Below are positions 56,884-64,000 of a stretch of 64,000 bases of DNA, one piece after another. The position numbers and the translations under genes were made by a program. This stretch comes from Planctomycetaceae bacterium (GTDB lineage Bacteria; Planctomycetota; Planctomycetia; Pirellulales; UBA1268). The stretch covers positions 14,463 through 78,462 of the forward strand of contig CANHCU010000001.1 of the NCBI GenBank assembly GCA_947459185.1, in the 5' to 3' direction. Below the pieces are notes generated by a model that ran no database searches, was not told the origin of the DNA, and saw only the letters and a program-made list of their open reading frames with translations. Position 1 is the first letter of the stretch, and every line of letters begins with the position of its first letter.

Positions 56884-57594
56884 TTATTTGGCCGGCCGTT
56901 TTGACCCGCGGTTTTTGGTCGGTGGTGTCAGGGGATTCGCCAGCGTGATCGAGAGCGTCGTGGCCTGGAGTTGGCCCTTTTGGATGTAGAGCCCCTCCAC
57001 CTCGACCTCATCACCCGGGGTCGCCAGCGTGTAGTTGGTCGTCTTCACCAGCAGTTCGGTTTCAGGGGGGACTGTGATCTCGAATCGATCCCTGCCCGCC
57101 TGCACGGTGACCACGTCGTCGGCCACGAGCTTGATTGGACCGGAGACCAGATAGGTGCCGGCCTCTCGCTTGCCCGGCACCCGCTTGGCACCAGGCTCGG
57201 CGAGTCCCAGGCCACCGGCGACCACGCCGGGCAGGCCGCCGCCGGGAAACGTGATCTGGGCCGCGGGGGCCGCAACCTTGCCGAATTCATCGAGCATCAG
57301 GGAGCACGACACAAACTGTCCCGGCTGCAGCATCTCGCGGGCCGCGGTGCCGACCACCGAGACCCGAGCATTCGGTGCCGGCACCACGTTCCAGAACTCG
57401 CCCCCCTTCAGTCGCAGGCGGATCATGCCGGGCATCACGGCATCCACCGTGCCCTTGCCGTCTTCGGCGGAGAGCGTCTTTGGCTGCGGCCTCGGCTGGG
57501 CCACGGCTGGGCCCGGCCAGACAGCCATGGCGAGCAGACCGGCTGCGAATACGGCCCAGCGAGAAGATGGGGTGGGCCTCCGAGACAGCCGCAT
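56884..57594 (-). CDS. secreted protein, function unknown
   Basis: Signal peptide MRLSRRPTPSSRWAVFAAGLLAMAVWPGPAVAQ, a beta-rich body and a basic C-terminus. I recognise no family. Confidence 0.5.
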   Translation of the reverse strand: MRLSRRPTPSSRWAVFAAGLLAMAVWPGPAVAQPRPQPKTLSAEDGKGTVDAVMPGMIRLRLKGGEFWNVVPAPNARVSVVGTAAREMLQPGQFVSCSLMLDEFGKVAAPAAQITFPGGGLPGVVAGGLGLAEPGAKRVPGKREAGTYLVSGPIKLVADDVVTVQAGRDRFEITVPPETELLVKTTNYTLATPGDEVEVEGLYIQKGQLQATTLSITLANPLTPPTKNRGSKRPAK

Positions 57595-57708
57595 CTGGCG
57601 ATTCCTCCGTGTGCCGACAGCAGTTGCATCTGAGAAGATGCCGCCAGCCCGACGGCAAATTATATATTCAAGCGTCCCTCCCCCGAAGCCCCTGGCCCAT
57701 CATCCGCC

Positions 57709-58509
57709 ATGACCGACCCAGCCCGCCGTGTGACCGTTCTCGATCTTGCGGCCGCCAAACGCGACCGCCGTCCATGCACGATGGTCACGGCGTACGACTG
57801 GCCTACCGGCCAGCTGGCCGATGCCGCCGGCGTGGACTGCGTGCTCGTGGGAGACAGCGTGGCGATGGTTGTTGCCGGTCGGTCCTCCACCATTCCCGCC
57901 ACGCTCGACCAGATGATCTACCACGGCGAGATCGTCTCCCGCGCCGTGTCGCGGGCGATGGTTGTCGTTGACCTGCCATTCCCGTTGCAGCATCTGGGAG
58001 TGCGGACGGCGGTCGAGTCGTGCGGCCGGATCCTCAAGGAGACCGGTTGTCAGGCCGTGAAGCTCGAGGGTACCGCCGGTCAGGCGGACGTGATCGCCGG
58101 GATCGCGGCCGCCGGCATTCCGGTGATGGGGCACGTCGGCCTCCGCCCGCAGGCCGTGCACCAACTCGGCGGCTACCGCATGCAACGGGACATCGACCGG
58201 CTGATGGCCGATGCGGAGGCCGCGGCCCATGCCGGCGCGTGTGCCGTCATCCTCGAATGCGTGCCACAGGAGGTCGCAGCGACGATCACGCGATCGCTCA
58301 CCGTGCCCACCATCGGCATCGGGGCTGGCCCGCACTGCGATGGACAGGTGCTGGTGATGCACGACCTCATCGGCCTCTCGACCGGCAGGGTGCCCCGGTT
58401 CGTGAGAGCCTACGCCGACGTCAAGACCTCGATCGGCGACGCGCTCGCCCGCTGGCGGCACGATGTCGAGCAACACCGTTTTCCCGGACCAGGCGAGACG
58501 CTCGGCTGA
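57709..58509 (+). CDS. panB: 3-methyl-2-oxobutanoate hydroxymethyltransferase
   Basis: MVTAYDWPTGQLADAAGVDCVLVGDSVAMV and GHVGLRPQ motifs. 266 aa. Confidence 0.9.
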   Translation: MTDPARRVTVLDLAAAKRDRRPCTMVTAYDWPTGQLADAAGVDCVLVGDSVAMVVAGRSSTIPATLDQMIYHGEIVSRAVSRAMVVVDLPFPLQHLGVRTAVESCGRILKETGCQAVKLEGTAGQADVIAGIAAAGIPVMGHVGLRPQAVHQLGGYRMQRDIDRLMADAEAAAHAGACAVILECVPQEVAATITRSLTVPTIGIGAGPHCDGQVLVMHDLIGLSTGRVPRFVRAYADVKTSIGDALARWRHDVEQHRFPGPGETLG

Positions 58510-58536
58510 GATTGCGGCGTCGGGTGCCTTCAAGCC

Positions 58537-59034
58537 TTACGGCAGCACGACCTCGTCGGAGATGACCACCGGCCGACTGCTGGTCACCGAGGCAGGGGTA
58601 GGCATGCCCGCACTCGGGCCAGGTGAGCCGCCCGGGCCGACAGGGAGCGGCCCTGCTCCGGCCGGCACGCCTGGCGACATGATCGTCCCCGAATGCATGC
58701 CGCCCTCGACCACGCCACCCTGACACGAGTTGCAGTTGTCACCTGCCATGCCTGCCATCGGCGACCCGACCACATGGTCAGCACCACCGCCGCATGGAGC
58801 CCCCTGGCACGGCGCTGCCTGACCGCACGGTCGCGCGGCAGGAGCCGCCGCTTGCATGGCTCCTGGAGGCACGAATCCCGGTGGCAAGTGACCGAAGAGT
58901 TTTTCGTACTTCCAGACTTCCAGGGCGATGTATTTCTCGGTCATCGACTTGCAGCCGGACAGACTGGCTGCCGCGATCAACATCACCACTGGAAGGCATC
59001 GCGCCGCTGCACGGTACCAGGAATTTGCACGCAT
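58537..59034 (-). CDS. Cys/Gly/Pro/Met-rich lipoprotein
   Basis: ATG 59034 lies 9 nt after AAGGAG and gives MRANSWYRAAARCLPVVMLIAAASLSGC (lipobox). The Cys-rich ARPCGQAAPCQGAPCGGG...DNCNSCQGG and the Met/Pro/Gly tail resemble the 15420 gene product. Confidence 0.5.
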   Translation of the reverse strand: MRANSWYRAAARCLPVVMLIAAASLSGCKSMTEKYIALEVWKYEKLFGHLPPGFVPPGAMQAAAPAARPCGQAAPCQGAPCGGGADHVVGSPMAGMAGDNCNSCQGGVVEGGMHSGTIMSPGVPAGAGPLPVGPGGSPGPSAGMPTPASVTSSRPVVISDEVVLP

Positions 59035-59236
59035 CGAAGGCATCTCCTTGCCGGGGTCAAGCGGATCGCGACCGACTGTCGTCGCGATCCAAGCAAAACT
59101 ACCCCACGCCAGAGGCGCGGCAAGGAAACCCGGAATGCATCTGGGCGGATCGGATCACGCCGCCGTGAAGCTGTGCGGGTCATGCCGAAACGCACGACCC
59201 GGCGACGCATTTCGCGGGGAGACGGCCGACATGCCA

Positions 59237-59326
59237 TCAGCCCTTTCGATGGCGGATGCGGGCTCGCATGCGGCGCTTCTTCTGACCCAGCTTGCGGCGG
59301 CCCTTGCCGGTTTTCTTGACTCCCAT
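59237..59326 (-). CDS. 29-aa highly basic small protein (not in the supplied ORF track)
   Basis: The reverse strand reads GGAGGAAAGC-ATG then MGVKKTGKGRRKLGQKKRRMRARIRHRKG-stop. A strong SD sits at ideal spacing. The composition resembles small Lys/Arg-rich ribosome-associated-type peptides. Confidence 0.5.
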   Translation of the reverse strand: MGVKKTGKGRRKLGQKKRRMRARIRHRKG

Positions 59327-59478
59327 GCTTTCCTCCAGGTGGTAACTGATCCAGAATCTCAGGAAGGTTGTAAGATGGGTTTCCTAGTGATTGCAAGCAC
59401 CAACCCGCATCACGCGTGGCTGCGGCACGGCTTCCGGTCGTGCCACCGGCGGCAGCGCCCTGGTCGCGGTCCGGCCGC

Positions 59479-60540
59479 ATGATCGAATTTTTCCCCACCT
59501 ACGCACGGCGTCTTCCCGGTGAAAAGCGGTGGCAGGCCACCGTTGCCGGCATGATCTCCCGTCCGTTGCCCCCGAAGAGCCATCGCCGCAGTCTGGCGGT
59601 TGGGGTGATCAAGCGGCTGCTGGATCTCGATGAAACCCAGCTGCAGTCGGAGGTATTTCAGCGGCGGGCAGACGCTTTCCTGTTTCAGCGGGTGGCGGGC
59701 GAGCGGGTGAGCATCACGCTTGGTGGACGGAGGATCGATGCTGGACAGTCGGACCGGGTTGGACATTTTCAGCATCTGATCGAACTGGATGATGCGGATG
59801 TCGATGCCCTGGCCGAGCTGAGTGGCTCCGCCGGGAAGGGCGGCGGGTGCCGTTGGCTCTCCTACGCCGCGGCGATTGCAGCCGACGACGATGGCGGCGT
59901 CGGTCTGACGGCGTCGGCCGCGGCCGCGACGGGCTCGATCCAAGTGATCGATGAGGATGGCCTGTCGGTGATCTCCGACATCGACGACACTGTGAAGGTG
60001 ACGAACGTCGCCAACCGGAGAGAACTCCTCGCCAACACGCTGCTGCGTGAATTCTCAGCTGTACCTGGCATGGCGGAGATCTACCGTCACTGGCAGGCGT
60101 CGGGCACCGCCTTTCACTACGTGTCAGCGAGTCCGTGGCAGTTGGCCAATTGCCTGGGCGGATTCATGCGCGACGCCGGCCTCCCGGCGGGGTCGATGCA
60201 CCTCAAACTCTTCCGGCTCAAGGATTCCACGCCGCTGGGTCGGCTGCCTTCCCGCAAGCGTTCGAAGCGGCGGAGCGTCGAAAACATCGTCGCTGATTTT
60301 CCCAGACGGAGGTTCCTGCTGGTGGGTGACTCCGGCGAACGCGATCCGGAGGTCTACGCCGAGGTGGCCCGCCGTCATCCCGACCGGGTGGCGGGCGTCG
60401 CCATTCGGCAGGTGGAGGGAAAGCAGTCGGCGGACAAGGTGCGGGCACGGCTCGAGCGGCTTGCCCGGCGGGTTCCCGGCGGCCGCTGGCATGTGTTCAC
60501 CGATCCGGCAGAGCTCGCCGCCATCGAGCCAGGCGGCTGA
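59479..60540 (+). CDS. App1-family (DUF2183) phosphatidate phosphatase-like protein
   Basis: ISDIDDTVKVTNV (DxDxT), HYVSASPWQL and LVGDSGERDPEVY are the HAD-like App1/DUF2183 motifs. Confidence 0.7.
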   Translation: MIEFFPTYARRLPGEKRWQATVAGMISRPLPPKSHRRSLAVGVIKRLLDLDETQLQSEVFQRRADAFLFQRVAGERVSITLGGRRIDAGQSDRVGHFQHLIELDDADVDALAELSGSAGKGGGCRWLSYAAAIAADDDGGVGLTASAAAATGSIQVIDEDGLSVISDIDDTVKVTNVANRRELLANTLLREFSAVPGMAEIYRHWQASGTAFHYVSASPWQLANCLGGFMRDAGLPAGSMHLKLFRLKDSTPLGRLPSRKRSKRRSVENIVADFPRRRFLLVGDSGERDPEVYAEVARRHPDRVAGVAIRQVEGKQSADKVRARLERLARRVPGGRWHVFTDPAELAAIEPGG

Positions 60541-60687
60541 CTGCCTCTGAAAAAGCCGGCCGGGCGGGTGGGAACCAGGGCGGGACATGGCTACGGTTTA
60601 GCCTTGGTCGGCGATGGGACTTCTGCTACGGTCCCCGTCGCCGTGCGCCCGCAGAGGGCCTGCGGAAAACTCAGGGGCTGAACGTCC

Positions 60688-61533
60688 ATGCAGATCGAAG
60701 CCTTGCGTGCCGTGCCGCTGACGACCATCGTGCGGCTGGTTCTGTCGTGGTTTCTGCTAGCTGTCTGCGGGGCGTCGGCAGCGCAGGCCGCCGAGGAACG
60801 CGGGTTTCGCGTGGAGAGCGAGGTCTTCGCCAACAGCGCGGAGGAGCCGATCGCGCGGAGCCTGACGCTGTTTCGCGACGGGATCGCCTGGGACTTTCTC
60901 GAGCCAGCCGCGTCCAAGGAGGGCGGCAAAGCGGCTTGCGAGATCGTGCTTCACGATCCCGCCCGCGAGCGGGTTGTGCTGGTCGATCCGGCACGCAATC
61001 TGAAGACCCAGATCGATTCGATCCGGCTCGAGCGGCTGAGCGTGTCGCTTGCGTCGTGGGCGAGAAAGTCGGACGACCGGCTGGTGCGGTGGGCCGGAGG
61101 CCCCGACTTTGGCGAGGGGATGACGGAGTCAGACGACCGCATCGAACTGGTGGGTCCGCGGGTCCGTTACGCGATCGAGTTCGCTCCACCGCCGACGCCG
61201 GAGGCGGCCGGCCTCTATCGGCGGTTTGCCGACACCGCGATTCTGCTCAAGGCGCTGATACGTCCCGGTGGCCTGCCGCCGTTTCCGCGGTTGGCCATCA
61301 ATCGCCGCGTGGCGGCGGCGGGTGGCATTCCCACCGAGGTGTCACTCGAGATCGACTCGCGGGTGGCGCTCGTCACGGGCCGGGCCGACAGCCTGCGGTG
61401 CGTGCACAAGTTTCATCCCCGACTGCTCGCCGGCGACCTCTCGCGAATCGAAGAGGCGGAGAGCCGTGTGGCAGTGGCCACGCAGGTCGAACTCGCCGAG
61501 TTCGCGGCCGCGCCGGCGGCGGACGTCGAGTAA
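60688..61533 (+). CDS. secreted protein, function unknown
   Basis: Signal-like TTIVRLVLSWFLLAVCGASAAQA. Protein-like composition. I recognise no family. Confidence 0.5.
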   Translation: MQIEALRAVPLTTIVRLVLSWFLLAVCGASAAQAAEERGFRVESEVFANSAEEPIARSLTLFRDGIAWDFLEPAASKEGGKAACEIVLHDPARERVVLVDPARNLKTQIDSIRLERLSVSLASWARKSDDRLVRWAGGPDFGEGMTESDDRIELVGPRVRYAIEFAPPPTPEAAGLYRRFADTAILLKALIRPGGLPPFPRLAINRRVAAAGGIPTEVSLEIDSRVALVTGRADSLRCVHKFHPRLLAGDLSRIEEAESRVAVATQVELAEFAAAPAADVE

Positions 61534-61601
61534 TTCGCCGCCCGAAGCCATCGGGGGATGCGGACGAGGCTTCCGCAGCGAGTGGTGTGATGCCACATTC
61601 G

Positions 61602-61632
61602 ATTCCCTTGCTTGCGCTGCGGGCTTGGATGG
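61602..61632. repeat. intergenic repeat locus K (single type1 unit)
   Basis: ATTCCCTTGCTTGCGCTGCGGGCTTGGATGG lies about 70 nt after the stop of the 60688 gene. Confidence 0.9.
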
Positions 61633-61874
61633 ATAGGCGGGCTCGTTCTTGAGTCTGCTTTCGCGGGCGGCGGAACCGCTGTCCTGCGAACAGGCCGTAC
61701 CACAGCCCCGCGCTGCACAATGCGTCCAGTCGGTGTCTGCCAGAGTGCGGCCAAGAAAGTCTGCCTGACCGGACGATGTTTCCCTTGTCGCAAAGTCAGC
61801 CAGCTCGACTCAGATCTCGCAGGACCGCGGTCAGTCAGGAAACCGCGCGGGAGCGGATCGTGGCCGAAGCAAGG

Positions 61875-61904
61875 TTGACATTTGTATAGCACATCCCATA
61901 CATT
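61875..61904 (+). promoter_or_regulatory. candidate sigma-70-type promoter of csrA
   Basis: TTGACA (61875-61880), an 18-nt spacer, then TACATT (61899-61904), in a locally AT-rich stretch about 36 nt upstream of the csrA ATG. Confidence 0.3.
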
Positions 61905-61939
61905 CATTTCCACACATTCATTTGGAACGGAGGCCCTCG

Positions 61940-62161
61940 ATGCTGGTGCTGTCCCGCAAGCAGAACGAACGGATTCGGGTTGGGGATTCAGTGGTGGTCA
62001 CGGTGGTCCGCGTCAGTGGCGACAAGGTCCGGATCGGGATCGAGGCACCGCCGAACGTGCGGGTGCTGAGGGATGAGTTGGAGCTGGAGTTGCCCGGGGA
62101 TGTGACCCTGGAAACGTCTGCTGAACTGCCGATCCCGCGGTTATTGGGCCTGACGGGCTAG
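61940..62161 (+). CDS. csrA: carbon storage regulator CsrA
   Basis: MLVLSRKQNERIRVGDSVVVTVVRVSGDKVRIGIEAPPNVRVLRDEL is the canonical CsrA fold sequence. GGAACGGAGG lies upstream. Confidence 0.9.
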   Translation: MLVLSRKQNERIRVGDSVVVTVVRVSGDKVRIGIEAPPNVRVLRDELELELPGDVTLETSAELPIPRLLGLTG

Positions 62162-62310
62162 AGGTGGTTTCAAAACCTGGGGGGAACGGCTCCAATCTGG
62201 CTCCAGACTCCGAAGGCTTCGGCGGCCACGGAGTCTGCGGTTGCCACGAAGGAATTGGTGTTCGTCCCCCCGCTGGCGGCTGGAATGGTGTCGCCCGGTG
62301 TGCCGCCGTG

Positions 62311-62366
62311 TGTATCGCCCAAGTTGTATCGCCCAAGTTGTATCGCACAAGTTGTATCGCACAGGG
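62311..62366. repeat. 14-nt tandem repeat x4
   Basis: TGTATCGCCCAAGT x2, then TGTATCGCACAAGT, then TGTATCGCACAGGG. The array ends 36 nt upstream of the GTG of the 62402 gene. Confidence 0.85.
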
Positions 62367-62401
62367 TCTGAAACGCGGCTGAGCATGGGTGGCCTCCTGT
62401 C

Positions 62402-63148
62402 GTGAAGCAAACATCGTGGCGGCGACTGCGAAGTACCCTGCTGGCCTGCCTGGGTGGTCTGGGGCTGCTGCTCCTCGTCGTCGCGGCACTGTTGAAATAC
62501 GAGCCCGGCTTCTACCGGCAGCTTGTGAGCCCCACCGCGATGGTCTCCGGGAACACGGTGTCCGGCGGAGGCGTTGACGCTGTCGAGGCTTTAGCGCGGC
62601 GGGCAGTCACAAAGGCCTCGGCATGGCATGCCTCCATCTCGCGGTCGGGCGGCTGGGAGACGGCCGTGACCGCCGACGAACTCAATGCCTGGCTGGCGGT
62701 AGACCTGCCGCGGAATCATCCGCGCTGGCTGCCGCCGGGCGTCTCCCAGCCACGGCTGGCGTTTCGGTCCCGGCATGTGGTGCTGGGCGCGCGGGTGGGC
62801 TATGGCCCGCTGACGGCCGTGGCCTGGCTCGACGGCGAAGTTCTGCTGCGGGATGTCAACCATCTGGCGATCGTGTTGGAGCAGGCGTGGTTGGGGGCGA
62901 TTCCCGTCCCGCGGACGCCGATTCTGCGGGAACTCGCCCGCCGGATCAGCAAGCTGGGGATGGTCGCTGACCTACGGATGCTGGACGGACGGATGGTGCT
63001 CATGGTCTACATACCATCGACGCACGATGCGGGAGCCACGAGCTACTGGCTGGAGTCACTGTCGATCGGTGACGGCGAACTGCTCATGGCTGGTGAGACA
63101 CGCTCATCACACGACATCCGCGAGCGTCCGACCCCACCGTCTCCATGA
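62402..63148 (+). CDS. N-terminally membrane-anchored protein, function unknown
   Basis: GTG start. RRLRSTLLACLGGLGLLLLVVAALL signal-anchor followed by a soluble domain. I recognise no family. Confidence 0.5.
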   Translation: MKQTSWRRLRSTLLACLGGLGLLLLVVAALLKYEPGFYRQLVSPTAMVSGNTVSGGGVDAVEALARRAVTKASAWHASISRSGGWETAVTADELNAWLAVDLPRNHPRWLPPGVSQPRLAFRSRHVVLGARVGYGPLTAVAWLDGEVLLRDVNHLAIVLEQAWLGAIPVPRTPILRELARRISKLGMVADLRMLDGRMVLMVYIPSTHDAGATSYWLESLSIGDGELLMAGETRSSHDIRERPTPPSP

Positions 63149-63229
63149 CCCGATCACCGCTCGAACACCACCTCTGTCATCCGCCCCATCATCAGTCCAC
63201 TCCATTATCAATCATTCGGAGATCCCATC

Positions 63230-64000
63230 ATGGCACCACAGCGCGAGGCTCCCCACGACGGAGCCAGCATCACTTTTCTTGGCGCGGCGGGTACGGTGTC
63301 GGGTTCTCGTCATCTGCTCGATGTGGGCGGCTCCCGCGTGCTGGTCGATTGCGGACTGTTTCAGGGTGAGAAGCATCTGCGCGAGCGGAATTGGGACCGT
63401 TTTCCAGTGCCTGCCGACACGATCGACGCGGTCGTGCTCACGCACGGCCACATCGACCATTCGGGCTGGCTGCCCCGGCTGGCCCGGGAGGGATTCAAGG
63501 GCCCCATCCTCACCTCTCCCGCCACGGCCGACCTGCTCGGGCTGCTGCTCTACGATTCCGCCAAGTGCCAGGACGAGGACGCCGCGTATGCCAATCGCAA
63601 GGGATATTCGAAGCACCAGCCGGCCTTGCCGCTCTACGACGAGCGGGATGTCGATCGTGCGTTGCGGCTGGTAAAGGCGGTGGCCCGCGACACCTGGTTC
63701 GAGCCGGCACCGGGAATCCGTTGTCGCTTCCACGATGCCGGTCACATGCTTGGCAGTTCGTTCATCGAAGTGGAGGTGGCCACGGACGCCGGCCTGCGGC
63801 GGCTCGTCTTTTCGGGGGATGTCGGCCGCTACAACGCGCCGCTCTACCACGATCCCGTGCCCGCTCCCGCCTGCGACTACCTCGTCTGTGAGAGCACCTA
63901 TGGCGACCGCGATCACTCCGCCAGCCGACCGCTCGACGAGTTGGAGGCGGTCACGAAAGAGTCGTTGGCCAGGGGGGGCATGATGCTCGTGGCATCGTTT
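63230..64000 (+). CDS. MBL-fold metallo-hydrolase of the beta-CASP (RNA-processing) type, 3' end outside window
   Basis: It is absent from the ORF track because the frame stays open to the window end. ITFLGAAGTVSGSRHLLDVGGSRVLVDCGLFQG, THGHIDHSG (HxHxDH) and HDAGHMLGS motifs are present. Confidence 0.75.
   Translation, partial: MAPQREAPHDGASITFLGAAGTVSGSRHLLDVGGSRVLVDCGLFQGEKHLRERNWDRFPVPADTIDAVVLTHGHIDHSGWLPRLAREGFKGPILTSPATADLLGLLLYDSAKCQDEDAAYANRKGYSKHQPALPLYDERDVDRALRLVKAVARDTWFEPAPGIRCRFHDAGHMLGSSFIEVEVATDAGLRRLVFSGDVGRYNAPLYHDPVPAPACDYLVCESTYGDRDHSASRPLDELEAVTKESLARGGMMLVASF

Noticed and set aside
61883-61906. dif/XerCD-like site (TGTATAG-CACATC-CCATACA, 7-bp imperfect arms around a 6-bp spacer)
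   Set aside because: The arms match poorly beyond 5-6 bp, and the position overlaps a plausible csrA promoter. Nothing else, such as a gene-orientation switch, marks a terminus here.
62162-62300. CsrB/RsmZ-like sponge RNA downstream of csrA (several GGA motifs and a GACTCCG...CGGAGTC hairpin)
   Set aside because: I counted only about four GGA motifs in about 140 nt. That is close to what this base composition would give by chance, and none is clearly presented in a hairpin loop.

Overview
GC-rich chromosomal segment whose gene content points to a Planctomycetota genome: a DUF1559/prepilin-type protein, Arg-rich 'ESLExRxAL' N-termini on large extracellular proteins, type III glutamine synthetase, paired clpP genes and an ECF sigma factor coupled to a Ser/Thr kinase. 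All family calls come from motifs I recognise in the translations; no searches were run. I call about 58 protein genes and one tRNA-Gly(GCC). I see no rRNA, CRISPR array, transposase, integrase or phage genes. Housekeeping blocks are ffh / rpsP-trmD-rplS-yraN (16.0-19.9 kb), glnN-rsmG (33.8-36.7 kb), gap (50.6 kb), tRNA-Gly-tig-clpP-clpP (52.8-56.0 kb), panB, lnt and csrA. Accessory content includes a glycan-modification cluster wrapped around a beta-helix exoprotein (0-8.3 kb), envelope and secreted proteins, a P1B-type ATPase, a PiT transporter and an ECF-STK module. Two things stand out. (1) A ~31-nt intergenic repeat family of two unit types in alternating orientation (BIME/REP-like) occurs at 11 loci, including three copies of a conserved composite module and a 42-bp tandem array. 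(2) A tightly packed minus-strand gene array (41.3-50.4 kb) opens with a MacB/FtsX-type ABC transporter. It has no membrane-fusion gene and is instead coupled to two DUF3299 proteins and an exported CPFC-motif helical protein. A paralogue of that protein closes the array opposite a TolC-like gene. Many long ORFs in the supplied track are antisense shadows typical of GC-rich DNA and were rejected.
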